Assembly (NCBI GenBank): GCA_013239625.1
Contig: MU054001.1
Location: 5,124,167-5,188,166, forward strand
Length of the DNA stretch: 64,000 nt
Direction: 5' to 3'
From: Lama guanicoe
Taxonomy: Eukaryota
The notes beneath the pieces are model-generated. The model was not told the origin of the DNA. It saw only the letters and a program-made list of their open reading frames with translations, and ran no database searches. Shown piece after piece: positions 49,030 through 61,389 of this stretch. Within the stretch, counting starts at the first letter, position 1. Each line of letters starts with the position of its first letter. A program made the translations under genes and the position numbers.

Positions 49030-49265
49030 CAGGTACTAAACACATCATAACAGTGGCAATGTGCTAAGTGTTTTCCGTGAATCATTTTAGTTAATCCTCG
49101 TGATGACCATACGAGGCAGGTGCTACCATAGTTCACTTGTTTCAGATTGGGAAGCTGTGGCTTTAGAGAGGTCAAATCAGAGCTCAAGGTTAACAATGGG
49201 AAAGGAGGAGAAAGTGAATTTGAACACAAACCTGAGATCCTAGAACCTTAGTTTTACTCTCTGCT
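49030..49265 (-). mobile_element. MIR SINE
   Basis: 'tgtgctaagtg...ttaatcctc...ggctttagagaggtcaa...tgaatttgaac'. Confidence 0.7.
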
Positions 49266-49669
49266 GCCTCTAGTGGAGCACTTCCCCACCTCTGGAGGGG
49301 CCTGAAATCTTAGTGCCAAGGGAGGGACCAGGAGGCAAATGTAAGCCCTCAGATCAATGAGCACTAGCAGAGAAGGATGAACTAGGACAAGGGAAGCCAC
49401 TCCAGGAAACCAATGGCTGAGCTTCGTGAGAAATGAGTCATGATCCTTTGCTCTGGGAAATGTCAAAGTGGTTTCTCTCTGTGCAGACTGAAGGAAGCTA
49501 GATTTACATGAAGAATTACTAGCAACAGAGGACATACCAGAGAAATAAGCTATGCCTAGGTGTTTGCATTTCCTCAGAAGTGTTATGTAAAGTTTCATAT
49601 TGGAGATGAGTTAATGAATCGCACTGTTACTTTAATAAAAGTGTTCTAGTTTTAGAGGTAAGAGGTATT

Positions 49670-50140
49670 GGATTGGGGCTCTGCTATTCTACCCTTGCCC
49701 TGCTCTGCTCTATATTACAGGGCAGGGTGACCGAGGTTCCCATGTCAGCTGACCTCCCTTGGGGGCTCAGCAAAGGTAGCACTGTTAGGGAGTCAGATGA
49801 TTGGAAGAAGAGAAAAGCCAAGCTATCTCCTTTCCACTGCCTCCAGCAACATCCCTGCTAAGGGCTGTGTCTCCTTGGAGGTTCTGGCTCTCACTGGATG
49901 GTCCACCACATTTCCAGCTTCTGCAGAGTCACCTGAGATGCAGGGTCCAGGAACCCCTCCTCCTCCCATTGTCCTTCCAGCCTTGTGGTGGTAGTAGCGT
50001 CTTGCTATTGTTAATCTTTGGCTAGCCTGCCATCCTTTGCCTGGTGTCTCTGTCCTTCCGTCCCTTAAATAAGCCAATTAAGTTCCCTCTGATACATCCG
50101 AGTGGTTTCTTTTTTCTTTCTTGGATTCTGATTGATAAAT
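49670..50140 (+). mobile_element. ERVL solo LTR, LTR33/LTR41 group
   Basis: 'ttgtccttccagcc...ggtggtag...ttgttaatct...attaagttccctctg...gagtggtttct...ctgattgata'. Confidence 0.75.
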
Positions 50141-50439
50141 TCCCTCAATGATCAATTTCTGAGATGTTCTGCCACTGGAAATATCTTCCATAGAGGGCAG
50201 AGTGTTTCAGGTAGTGTAAAGGATAACTTCAAGGAGGGGGTTCTATAACAATCTAAAGGCAGGTGATATTAATACCAGCCAGGAGTATCAGTTGTGACAT
50301 TTAACTTGGCTATTAAAGAATGAGGGAGCTTGAGGAGATAAGAGCATTGTGGATGGGGAATCTGTGTAAACAAAGGCATTATCAACAAGAACCCTGGCCT
50401 TATTGTAAATAATGTGTCGGTAATAAAAGAGAAAATGGA

Positions 50440-50960
50440 TGAAAATTGTCCAACACTGCGCAAGGTGCATCCGAAGGTGGAGATGTACAGGGAATGTGGG
50501 GGAAATTATAGACAGTGGATGTGTCTAGCATGTAAGGTTGGAGGGTGCTGGAAGGGGTAAACCAAGAAGGGCATATTAGGGTCTGACAAAATATCAGCTT
50601 AAAAGTTTGGCTTCATCTTAAGGAAATCTGAGTCACCATCGATGCCTTCTCAATGCGTGGCACTTGTAAGGTTGAATAAATGAGGAAGCACTGATGATTT
50701 CAGTTCAGGGGGGACTATCAACAGAGCATGCTCCGCAGAGTTCACTTAGCAAAAATTTGTAGACCAGCTTGGGGTTGGGGGAGAGCAGGAGGGAGAAGGA
50801 AGGACTAATTAGAAAGCTATTGCAATCAATCAAGGGCTTGAGAAAGACAAGAAGGACTCAGGTTGGTTAAATATCAAAAAATTGGCATTGCAGATCTCAG
50901 ATGTGGAGACTGATGGAAAGGCTGGCCTAAAGGTGCCTCAGGGGCCTGGCACCCAAGATA
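50440..50960 (-). mobile_element. L2 fragment
   Basis: 'aagtttggcttcatc' and 'ttagaaagctattgcaat'. Confidence 0.5.
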
Positions 50961-51789
50961 TCAGGGGCTAGATATGCCACTGTGACATACCCATGAGGAT
51001 TAAGCAGAGATCCAAGGGGGGCAGAAATGGAGATGGGGGAGATGCCTATTTAGGGTGACAATTATTTAATACCCACTCTTGGATCTTCTGGCCTTTTCTC
51101 TCCTGTTATTGTAAAGGCATTCATTTTTCTTCAAACCCAGTAAATTATTCTCTGTCAGCACGCTGAGGGGGACGGGATGAAGAAAAGATCTTAGTTTGCT
51201 CTTGGCTTTTCCTCTGTCTCGTCCAAACACTGGAAATGTCAAGTTTGCTCACTAATTAAACATGTCTGTCTTGGACTGCACTTGTATCTTTCGCTGAGAA
51301 GGTGTAGATTTCCAGGGAGACATTACACATTCATGTTTCCAAATACAGCATTTTGAAATCTCCCTGTGTGACACAAATACCATCTTTGAGAAAGTGTCTC
51401 CTGATAGGAAAGACACCTTTACAAGGCAGCCCATGTTTGGGAGAGAGCCAGGATGTGCTCAGTCCATGCCCTTTAATTTATTTTCTGGGAGAATTTTTCT
51501 GGGAGCCTCCGTAGGGCCAGTCTTGGGCCTTTCTGGATGTCCATGAATCCTACTACCCAGCTGGTGCCTCCCAGGACTCAGCCATGGAAAATCTTATCCC
51601 CTGGTCAGGTTGCAACTGTCCCTGTCACCGTCCCTGGTGTCTGGCCAGGAACTGACAGTTTGCAATTTTATCTTTGGGCATGATTTTGCAAAGACTTACT
51701 AGAGTCTTATGTGGAAAGTATTATTATCACCAACATCCCACAAATGAAGAAATGGAGCTTGCAGTCTTGAAATCCTCATAGGATGAGAT

Positions 51790-51910
51790 TCATTGATTAT
51801 ATGTTTTCTAGGTACTAACTGTAGACCAGGCACTGTACTAGGGGCTGCAAATACAGCTGTAAACATGACTGACATGGTCCCTGCCCATATGGGGCATTAG
51901 TCTGGTGGAA
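51790..51910 (-). mobile_element. L2 3' end
   Basis: 'ccaggcactgtactaggggctg...gacatggtccctgccc'. Confidence 0.7.
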
Positions 51911-52546
51911 AGCAAGTCAGTAATGGGGAAACTGGGGAATCAGAGAGGGTCAGTCTCTTGCCAAGGACAGGTTACTACTGGTTAAGTGGCTGGGCCAGGC
52001 CTCCCCAACTTCAAATCTTAGGTCCATCTTCTTGGACAATAAAACATAGACCTTAGAAATGGGAAGGAGGTGTGGATGTCATCTGAATCCTGTGGAAGTT
52101 AAAGGAAAAAGAGAGCTGGAGGGAAAATGGCCTGAATCTTACACATGTGAAGATGTTTCTGTTACACTGTCCAGAGTGCCTGGTGGGGCTGAGTTACCAC
52201 GTAGCAAGGCTGGAAAAAAGCAGTAAGGCTGTAGGAAGACAGAGTTTTCAACCAACTTTCCTAGACTAGTTTTAAGTCTCAGAATCTCAACTTACCCAGC
52301 TGAACGTGATTATTTTGACTCGTCACTAGATCCTGAGTTCCCAGTTGGGATTCCATGGATCAATAATATTTTTTAATGTGTGTGTAGTGGGGGTGGGGGT
52401 TCAAGTTAGGACATCAAATATATGTTTATATAAGACCCTGCTGTCTAGTATTACCAGCCCTTGTTAAAAAAAAGACATTTCCATGTGAAGTAAAGAAAGA
52501 AGAAATAATCTAATTTATATGAATATGAAAGCTAAGACAACTTTTT

Positions 52547-52807
52547 TTTTAAATTGAATATAGTCAGTTTACAATGTTGCATTAATTTCTGGTGTCCAGC
52601 ATAATGTGTCAGTCATACATATACATACATATATTCCTTTTCATATTCTTTTTCATTATAGGTTACTACAAGATATTGAATATAGTTCCCTGTGCTATAT
52701 AGTAGAAATTCATTGTTTATTTTACATGTAGTGCTTGGTATTTGCAAATCTCGAACTCCCAATTTATCCCTTCCCACCCCCTTTCCCCTCTGGTAACCAT
52801 AAGTTTA
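52547..52807 (-). mobile_element. 5'-truncated L1 3' end with TSD
   Basis: TSD TAAGACAACTTTTT (52533-52546) and TAAAACAACTTTTT (52808-52821), 13/14 identical. Confidence 0.9.
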
Positions 52808-54779
52808 TAAAACAACTTTTTAAATTGAATTATTTTAGCTGTTAAAAAAGAAACTTCACTTTGTTGTCATTTTTCTCTCCTTTGTCTATGGACTTTGGTG
52901 AAAACCGCACTGTGGAACATCCCCATTTTTGGACCCAGCCCAGTAGTTGGGAAAATGGTCTCTAAGCCCCTGTCAGTTGTTCTCCACCTGAGGCGGCCCT
53001 GGGACAGACAGGGGTCTGCAGCTATTCCTCTTGGAAGTGGCTACTTCCCGGCTGCCGTCCAGTCTCAGGCATGCGTCTGGAGGTCTCTGTTTGGTCTGCC
53101 ATCACTGACATGGCAGCATCCTGCCAAAGCAGCTCCCTCCGAGTCCTGCCATATGGGGGCTGCACTGCCACTGCGTCTGGCAGCTCTTCTGCTCATAACG
53201 TCGGTCCCCACTGATAGACCCATCCCTGTCATACTATTGACTGACACTAGGCTGCCTAATTAAAAGTAAGAGCTTTTGCATCAGCTTCAACTGTGGCTTT
53301 ATAAATTCCAAGCACTGTGAGGGGACCAGACAGAAGAATGGTCATGAAGGCCAGAGCTCCTGCCCTTTCAAAGGACTCCTTAGTTGTGGAGGCATCTGCT
53401 TTCCTTGGAGGTGAGGATGGTACTTCCACTGTCAGCTCACCATGAACACGGGGAGAGTCCACCTCAGCACAAACAATTTGCTTTCCTGGCTAATTTACAT
53501 CAGAATGCCAATGGTTCAGATATGCACATTTCGATGGAAGTGGAGCCAACATGAGGGAAGGGGACTGCAGACATGGCAGGTGTCCTGTGAGGGGGACTTG
53601 GGCTGGGACAAGGCTCTAGGGGACCAAGCAGTTTCCCGAAGGCCATTAGGAAAAGCCCCAGGAGGGTAGACAACATTTGCTGGCCCAGCTCTCGGCCTGG
53701 CTCTGGGGCTTCATGCCAGGGGAGCTCCCACTGGCTTCTCTAGATTACTTGCCTCCTTTCCCTACTCTGCTCCGTGTCTCAGAGGCTAACCTGGAGGAAT
53801 CATATCTTCAGTTTCTCCTGCTTTCATATTAAGTTTGGACAATGAGGGCAGCTGGTGGAGAAGGGAGTGTAGAAGGATAAAGAAGTTGGGGTACTCATTC
53901 GCCGGTTTTCTCCCCGCCAGGTGCCGTGGGCTGGCTGTGCAAATCACACGGCTCTCGCCAGGTGGTTCTTTCCCCACATTCCTCTCTCCAGCTTGGGATG
54001 CGGCCCCTCCTCCTTCTCCTTCAGGCCAGGGCAGATGATGGCTCCCGCTGAGGCTAGCCTTACAGACTGTGCCATCTTGTATTGTTTCCCTAAATCTTGT
54101 AAACTAGTCCTTTTATTAACACTCCTCAAATGACCCAGTCCGACTGAGCCCGTTCTTGACTGTCAGAACCCTGACTGACTCAGGGGGCTTTAGAAATGGC
54201 AGAAATGAATCAAATGCTTTCCCTGATCTCTGGGAGTCTACAATGGAATTGGAGATATGAGCAGCAAATAGAAAGGAAACAGACATGTCTATTCGACATC
54301 TGCAAGGCATTTATCTGATCAGAGAAAGGGGACAGGATGGGTGAGAGCATCAGAGGAGGCTTCTGGGAGAAGGCAGTGGCTGGAATGGGACTTGAAGTGT
54401 AGTCGGCATTTAGGGAAGTGGGAAGAGGGCGGAGGCATGCTGGTGGGAGAACAGCCTGAGAACAAGGGTCAGAAATGCCCTGGTGTGTGATTCCAAATCT
54501 GAACATCAGTGTCTGCTTGGAAATGAAGTCGGGGAGGAGGAAAGGAAATGTGGGAAGAAGTGGAGGATGCACCATCAGTCTGAGACGTGTCAGAATTGAG
54601 AGAACCGAGGTCTGCTCCAGTCCCTTCCTCCCTCATCTGCCTTATATGGAGGTGCTGGTTCCTCAGGCTGACTGCCGTCTCAAGGCCGTGACTCTTGATC
54701 TTCCCTTGGAAGGGCTGGCAGGCTTGTTCTCATCACTGGGCCCTCAGATCAAATATACTACTTCTTGGGAAGCCGTCTT

Positions 54780-55287
54780 TGATACCCAGCCTCCAAGATT
54801 TTCTCCAATGATACCCTCCACTCGGTATTTAAAGTCCTGTGTAGTCTCTCCCCATGAATGGGGGTTGGACTTAGTGACTTGCATCTAAAGAATAGAATAA
54901 GGTGGGAGTGTGTGTGTGTGTATTTCAGAGACTAGATCATAAAAGGCAGTGTGGCTCCCCCCCCTTCTCTCAGATCTCTTGCTCTGGGGGAATCCAGATG
55001 CCATGCTGTGAGGCGAGTCCAGCTGCCCTACAGAGAGACCTACACAGCAGGAGCTGGAGCTTCCAGCCAGTTGCATAAGTGGACTCTGGAGCGAATTCCC
55101 CAGCTTCAGTCAAGCCTCAGATGACTGCAGACCCAGCTGACAACTTGACTGCAGCCTGGGAGAGATCTTGAACCAGAATCACCTCAGATAATCCACTTCC
55201 AGATTCCTGACCCATAGAAATTGAGAAAAGAAAAGTTTTTGGTTTTAAACTGCTACTTTGTTAAGCAGAAATAGATGGCCAATACAT
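54780..55287 (+). mobile_element. MLT1F-like LTR, inserted in L2-like sequence
   Basis: 'cagcctccaagat...gacttagtgacttgc...cagatgactgcag...agattcctgaccca...atagatggccaataca'. Confidence 0.85.
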
Positions 55288-55359
55288 CTTCCCTGACAAC
55301 AGACCTTAAATCCACGCCTCCCTCTCCACACAGCACTTCATGTAACATCCCAAGCGTTA

Positions 55360-55852
55360 GAAGGTCCTGTCTGCTCTGGTGCTGACTATCTCTGAGCTCC
55401 CACTCCACCCCTCACTGTTCCAGCCACACAGCCTTTCTTGCCATTCCTTGAATGAGATGGGCATGCATCCGTTTCAGCATCGTTGTGCCTGCTGTTATTT
55501 CTTTCTAGAACATTCTTTCACACTTACGTGCATGGCTTGCTTGCTCCCCTCCTCCAGGTCTTGGCTCATAAGTCAGTTTCTGCACGAGCCCTTCCCTGAC
55601 CACCCTATTTCAAACTACAACCACGTCCCCCAAGCCCACCCTAGCCTCTCCCCTGATTTGCTTTTCTCCATAGTATGTAGCAATACTCAATACAGTGCAT
55701 ATTTTATTATTTATCCTGTCTATTGGTGTCTTTCCTCATTAAAATAAAAGCTCCAAGAGGTCAAGGATTTCAGTCTGTTTGCTCATGGTTATATAATCAG
55801 CATGAGACTAGGGCCTGGTGTGTTGTGAGTGCTTCGTATTTGCCGGATGAAT
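55360..55852 (+). mobile_element. L2 3' end
   Basis: 'tccagccacac...aagctccaagagg...gggcctgg...tatttgccggatgaatg'. Confidence 0.8.
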
Positions 55853-55879
55853 GGCTGTGACGTTATTTTTGCTATGAAA

Positions 55880-56500
55880 GCCTGTGCCAGGAAGGATTTT
55901 TGACTCCCATGACTATTGTCCCCTGATTTCATGCTTATGTGTATGTTAGCTATACGGCAAAGGAAACTTGCAAATATAGGGAGTTGATCTTAAAACAGGA
56001 AGATTATCTTGGATTCTCCAAGTGGACACAATATAATCATATGAGCCCTTAAAAAGCAGAGGATAGGAACAGAAGAGAAAGTCGGACAGATTCAAAGCAC
56101 AAGAAGCAGCCTGAGTAAAAGAATGCGGGCAGCCTTGAGAAGCTGAGTGCAGTCCCCAGCCAGCAGCAAGGACACAGGAACTTCAGTCCTACAACCATAA
56201 GAAATGGGATTATGGCAACAACCTGAGTGAACTTGCCAGAAGATTCTTCCCAGAGCCTCTTATTTCAATTTTTTTTTGGTGGGAAGATAATTAAGTTCAT
56301 TTATTTATTTTAATGGAAATACTGGGGATCGAGCCCAGGACCTTGTGCATTCTAGGCATACATTCTACCACTGAGCTATATTCTCCCACCTCCTTCCCTG
56401 AGCCTCCTGATAAGAACCCAGCTGACTGACACATTGTGAGACACTCCCTGGACTTCTGACCTGTGGGAATAATGGAAAATTAATGTGGAGTCCTTTTAAT
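55880..56500 (+). mobile_element. MLT1E-like LTR, interrupted by a SINE
   Basis: 'cggcaaagg...gttgatcttaaaacaggaagattatc...cttcagtcctacaacc...caacaacctgagtga'. Confidence 0.8.
56260..56392 (-). mobile_element. vic-1-like tRNA-derived SINE with TSD
   Basis: Minus-strand A/B boxes (TAGCTCAGTGG; GCTCGATCCC); TSD CTTCCC[A/T]GAGCCTC at 56246-56259 and 56393-56406. Confidence 0.85.
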
Positions 56501-56894
56501 GGTTGGATCTTATGTTCCTAATGTGTCTAGAGTGAGCTCAGGGCTACTGTCTGTCTTGTAGCCTCTGTGCTTACAGTAGTGCTTGCACAGAGTTTAATGC
56601 ATATTTGCTGCATGAATGGATCAATGGACTCCCATCTTGCTGTGGTGGGGTTATCTTTGGCTTATCTAGGGCTCACCATGAGACTCTTGGGAGCCAGGCC
56701 AGTAGCATTCAGCTCCATGGCCTCAGTGCCCTGCTCAGACCTGCCATGGAGGGGGCAGCAGAGACTTTTGGCGAATCAGTGGGGGACCAAGCCAGAAGTA
56801 AAGCACCCATGTTCCTGGCAGAAGACCCTGGTATTATGTGCAAAATTCATATTCTCCCACCATCTAGAAACCAGAGTCTGGCCATACTGGCCAG

Positions 56895-57120
56895 AGTTTC
56901 AGAGGCAGGCTTTGGCGTCAGATCAAAACACAGCTGAGCTTTTGAAACTATCTCTGTGATCTAGGGAGAAGACTTCACTTCTCTGGGCTTCAGTTTCCTC
57001 ACCTATCAAATGGTAAGGATAATAATGTCCACCTGCTAGGGCTTCTTTGTGAAGATTAATGATGCTGTGCAAAGAGAGGACTCTGCATGCAGAAGGTGCT
57101 CAATAAACAGTGGTTATTAT
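56895..57120 (+). mobile_element. MIR SINE
   Basis: 'cacttctctgggcttcagtttcctcacctatcaaatgg...gtgaagattaa...ggtgctcaataaa'. Confidence 0.85.
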
Positions 57121-58014
57121 TTTGCTTTATGTTGATTAGTGCAGTTGGGTGTTTTCTGGTGAAAACTTCAAATGAGTTTTCAAAGAGAATTACACTGAGG
57201 TGAGTGATAAAGCTGATCAAGGATATCTTCCTTGGCTTCAGCAATGGACTTTCCCAGTCCCACCTCAGTCCCTGCTTCCTCATTCACACCAAAGGGGTTG
57301 GTTGGCTGTGGCTTCAGTCATTTGGGGACTAACTTACACCAAGAAAATACAGCTGCTATTAATGGAAACATAACAGCTACCAGACACCTGGCAAAACTGA
57401 CATAGGTCAGTTGATCCATTTTGAAATGATAGAATGAAATATGTAGATGATGTTCTCAAATGCACACGTCTACATCACACAAACACACTTTTATACTTCC
57501 CCCACCACACACGCCTCACTGAAAAGGTTAAAGACTCTTAAACTACCATGGGAAATGATCCGAAATATTGCACAGGGATTTCGAGGCAAGAAATACAAGG
57601 AGACATAATGCACCGTAAATTAAAGTCATTTATAAAGAGCAGCTGGTACCCGGATAGAAAGGAAAAATGATTAGTCAGCAGAAGTGGGGTGTCTTGTTAT
57701 TTATTTACAGACTATTTCCACAGGACAAAAGAGAATGTATTTATTAAGGGCTTGCTGGCATACAAATACAAACATATGAATGTCAGGCACTGAGGATACC
57801 CAGCTAAATTATTTTCCTCTAACTACTTTTGTTTGTTGGTTGCTTTTAGATGGCTGGCCCTGCCCAGCTCCATGGATATCCAGCACGGGAAAGGTTATTC
57901 CCATAGGTCAGCACAGCCTCCCTGCCTGCACAGCACTGCTGCGGGCAGCAGTGGTGATGTGGTACCCATGTTCTGGATTTTTCTGCCCTGCCTCTGCAAG
58001 TGAGCATGGCTTTT

Positions 58015-58156
58015 AACTTACGTATTTATTTACTTTTTTTAGGGGGGTAGGTAACTAGATTTACTTATTTGTTTTTGGAGGAAGTACTGGGGATTGAACC
58101 CAGGACCTTGTGTACGCTAAGCATGCGCTCTACTATTTAAGCTATACCCTCCCCCC
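58015..58156 (-). mobile_element. vic-1-like tRNA-derived SINE with TSD
   Basis: Minus strand GGGGAGGGTATAGCT...GGTTCAATCCC; TSD TGAGCA[T/C]GGCTTTT at 58001-58014 and 58157-58170. Confidence 0.88.
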
Positions 58157-59084
58157 TGAGCACGGCTTTTGGTTTTTGAGGGGAACCACCTCTGGCCCAA
58201 GGAGCAATGGGTTTGGTGCACTCTCTACCTCCTGCTTTCAAAAGAAGTATGTGTTACCCATTTATCAACAGGGGTCTGTTGTGATGCCGATGGAAACAAT
58301 GGATAAATCTGGGAGAAAAATAAACAGAGAAGCCAGAGAAGAGGGTGGGTTATATATTGGAAAAGACAGAGTCGCTGGTGGAAAAAAATTGAATGGTGTT
58401 GATGGGGAGAGGGGAAGGGAGGAAGAAACAGGAATCTGGACCACCCAGACTTGAGAGACTAAAATGAGATCATGTGTGCAGAACACTGAGCACCATGTTT
58501 GGCATCTGGGAAATGCTCAAGCATTGATCAGCGACGACGATGATGATTATATAGTGGAAAATATTAACAATGAGAACCCATACCTTTTAATAACCCTTCT
58601 GTTATCTAAGCAGCTTTCCTGTATTTTAGAAGCACACAGAATGTTTTCTGTCATAAAGATCATGCTTTCTAAAGCAATCCTACCAGTTCAAAACTTGGAA
58701 CCCAACTGAGACCCCATGGGGACGGTTACATAAAACAAATCCAAAACCAACACCAGCTACTGATATTTAAAGAAGGGGGCATTTCCTTAGATCAAGGAAA
58801 AATAGAAAAGTTACATGACGCTACTTGATGTGAGGTAGTTTAAGAATTTGATTAGTCTATTTTCTACCCTAAGATAAGAAGATAATGATTGCACACCAAT
58901 GCAAAGTTCAGTTACTTTTGAACCCTGCAGTGTATGACAAAGTGAATACCTTGGGAAATATCTGAGCAGAAGTACAGAAGCTTAGCATTCGAGAGACAAA
59001 CTTCAGCCTTGAAGAAACAGCAACAAAGGGAAAAAATGACTCACTTGAATTGGTTAAAGGTAGGACTAGACACTAGACTCCAAG

Positions 59085-59531
59085 TGTAATGGACAGATCT
59101 CAGGTGTAATGAACATCTATTTCTCCTGCCAAGCCAGGTTCCTTTTCCCTTCCAGCAACATTGCCCCTAGCCTTCCTTATAGAACCACATTGCTCCCATT
59201 GTCAGTCCATGTGCTTCAAACGTATCGGGCTGCACTTCAGCCCCAGAGGAGAGCATGTGACCCATGCCTGGCCAATCAGAACACCACACACCCTGACTAC
59301 AGTAATTAGCTCTGGGAGGATCACATGACCCAACTGGAGGCAGTCAGATTCAGTCATGGGACTTTGGTTGAAGTTACTGAAAACGATCTCTCTTTCTAAA
59401 TGGATTGTCTGGTGGCCACCTGAAGAGGATCTCCTGCTTGAGAATGGACATAACACAAGGAAAACTGGAAACGAGAGAGAGTGTGAGGCCAGGTCCCAAG
59501 ACGAACATTTGAGCTCCCTGGATCCAGCAGT
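59085..59531 (+). mobile_element. MLT1K-like LTR
   Basis: 'gcatgtgacccatgcctggccaatcaga...cacatgacccaa...catttgagctccctggatccagc'. Confidence 0.7.
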
Positions 59532-59871
59532 TGTCTAAGTCTGAGCTGCTAGGGCAAAATACCAGAGACTGGGTAGCTTACAGACAACAGAAATTTATCT
59601 CTCACAGTTCTGGAGGCTGGGAGTCCAAGACAAAGATGCTGGCAGATTCAGTGTCTAGCCCACTTCCCGGTTCATAGCTGGTACCTTCTTGCTGTGTCTT
59701 CACGTGATGGGAGAGGCTAGGGCTCTCTCACCACTTTTGTAAAGCACCAGTCTCTTTCATGAGCTAAGCACTTCCCAAGAGCCGTAACTCCTAATACCAT
59801 CACCTGGGGCATTAGACTCTCAACATGGGAATTTGGGAGGGAAGGGGAACGCCAACATTCAAACCATAGCA
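59532..59871 (-). mobile_element. MLT1A0-like solo LTR
   Basis: 'tgtctaagtc...tctcacagttctggaggctgggagtccaag...aacattcaaaccatagca'; 5-bp flanks GCAGT and CCAGT. Confidence 0.88.
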
Positions 59872-59874
59872 CCA

Positions 59875-59930
59875 GTGTGTGGTGTGTGTGGTTTGTGTGT
59901 GTGTGTGTGTGTAGAAGGAGAGAGAGAGAG
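59875..59930. repeat. Compound (GT)n/(GA)n microsatellite
   Basis: Imperfect GT run followed by a GA run. Confidence 0.85.
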
Positions 59931-60404
59931 CGCGCTCACTTATGCTAGTTTGAGTTGTGCGTAAGTGATCTGCAACCGAAAGAATCTGACAGTAACCACT
60001 CCCCACCTGCTATACCACTCTGCCTCTTTAATATTGTCGTCTGAGGCATAGTAATCACTAAGTATCTGCATGTGTCCTCAGGGAGAGTCCTCCCATGTGA
60101 CTTCAGTCCTGGTTCTTGGAGGAGATGCTACGAAGGTGCCCTGGTCCACGTGCAGACCTGGCTGCTGGGAGGAGGATGAATGATGGGGAGCAGGGCAGGG
60201 AGGGCGCAGGCAGCGAGGAGCACACCTTCCTGCAAGTCTCGTGGTGACATGCAGTGACATGGTCCCTGAGCAGTGAGAGCTCTCAGCTCAGCATCAGCTC
60301 TGCCACAGCAGACTTCCTCAGAAAAGGCACTCAGCACGAAGCAGTGTAACCATCTCTGGGGGACTGCGAGTGTCATCACAGAACAGCTGGCTGAGAAATA
60401 GAGG

Positions 60405-60790
60405 GAACGTGGCTGTGGTGCAGAGAGTAGTAAGAAATCAGAAGTTGCAACATCTGAGGTCCAGTCTGGGCTATTTTCTTATTGGAAACTCCTACAGGCC
60501 GAAATTCCCAATCTGGGAAATAGGAATAAAGGTCCCCTCCTACCTCATAGGCTGAAAGATGGTGATCAATAGTAGTGAAAGTCATTTTATGTATCATGAT
60601 GTGTCAGCCACAGTGTTGAGCACTTTGCCGATCCGTTTTCATCAAAATATCACAGGATCCCAAGGAAGGAAATAATATTATTACACACATTGTGTAGATG
60701 AGAAAACTGAGCACAAACATGTTAAGTGATTTTCCTGAGGGCATTTGAACCCACAGTGTGACCTGAGGCTGCACACCACTCTGTTGCCTA
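60405..60790. mobile_element. Two MIR fragments in opposite orientations (plus about 60405-60600, minus about 60615-60790)
   Basis: 'attcccaatctgggaaataggaataa...cctacctcatagg' and 'tgtagatgagaaaactgagcac...gttaagtga'. Confidence 0.6.
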
Positions 60791-60949
60791 AGGCAGTCAA
60801 AGAAGACCAACACTCCTCGAAGAGGTGCACAGCGAGATCCAGGTGTTCAGAGTAAGCTGTGTGTGGACTAACTTTTTCTATTTTTCCCTTAGGTTGTATG
60901 TCATTAGCACAACAATCCTTAAAAAGCCTTAGAATCCTGGGATAACTTA

Positions 60950-61372
60950 TGATCTTAATCCAGGCAGGTGAATCGTTGTAATAAACAATCTTAAAATCTC
61001 AGGGGCCTAACACAGTAGGATTTTATTTCTCAATCATATAATGCCCTGTGGGTATTTGGTTGATGACCTTTTATGAAGTCACCAGGGACACAGAATCCTT
61101 CTGCCTTATAGCTTTATTGTCCTCTGTGGTCCTGGATTGCCCTGCTGCATCCTCTAAATTCAGCTAGAAGACAGGAGAAGAGAGAGAAGCTTGCACATGG
61201 AATGGTTTTTACGGACCAGGACCGGAAGTAGCCAATTTCCATTTGTGCACATCTCATTGGCCAGAACTCAGTCACATGGCCACACATAACTGCCAAGGAG
61301 GTGGGGAAATGTAACCTAGCTGTGTTCCCAGATGGAAATGAGCTCTGTTTAACAAATAAAAGTCATTATCAC
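60950..61372 (-). mobile_element. MLT1 (I/J-like) LTR
   Basis: 'aaaatctcagggg...cattggccagaactcagtcacatggccacac..aactgc..aggag..gggaaatgta'. Confidence 0.75.
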
Positions 61373-61389
61373 AATTATAAGATAACCAG

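Noticed and set aside
60405..60790. Inverted MIR pair as a dsRNA-forming element
   Set aside because: The copies appear too diverged to form a long duplex.
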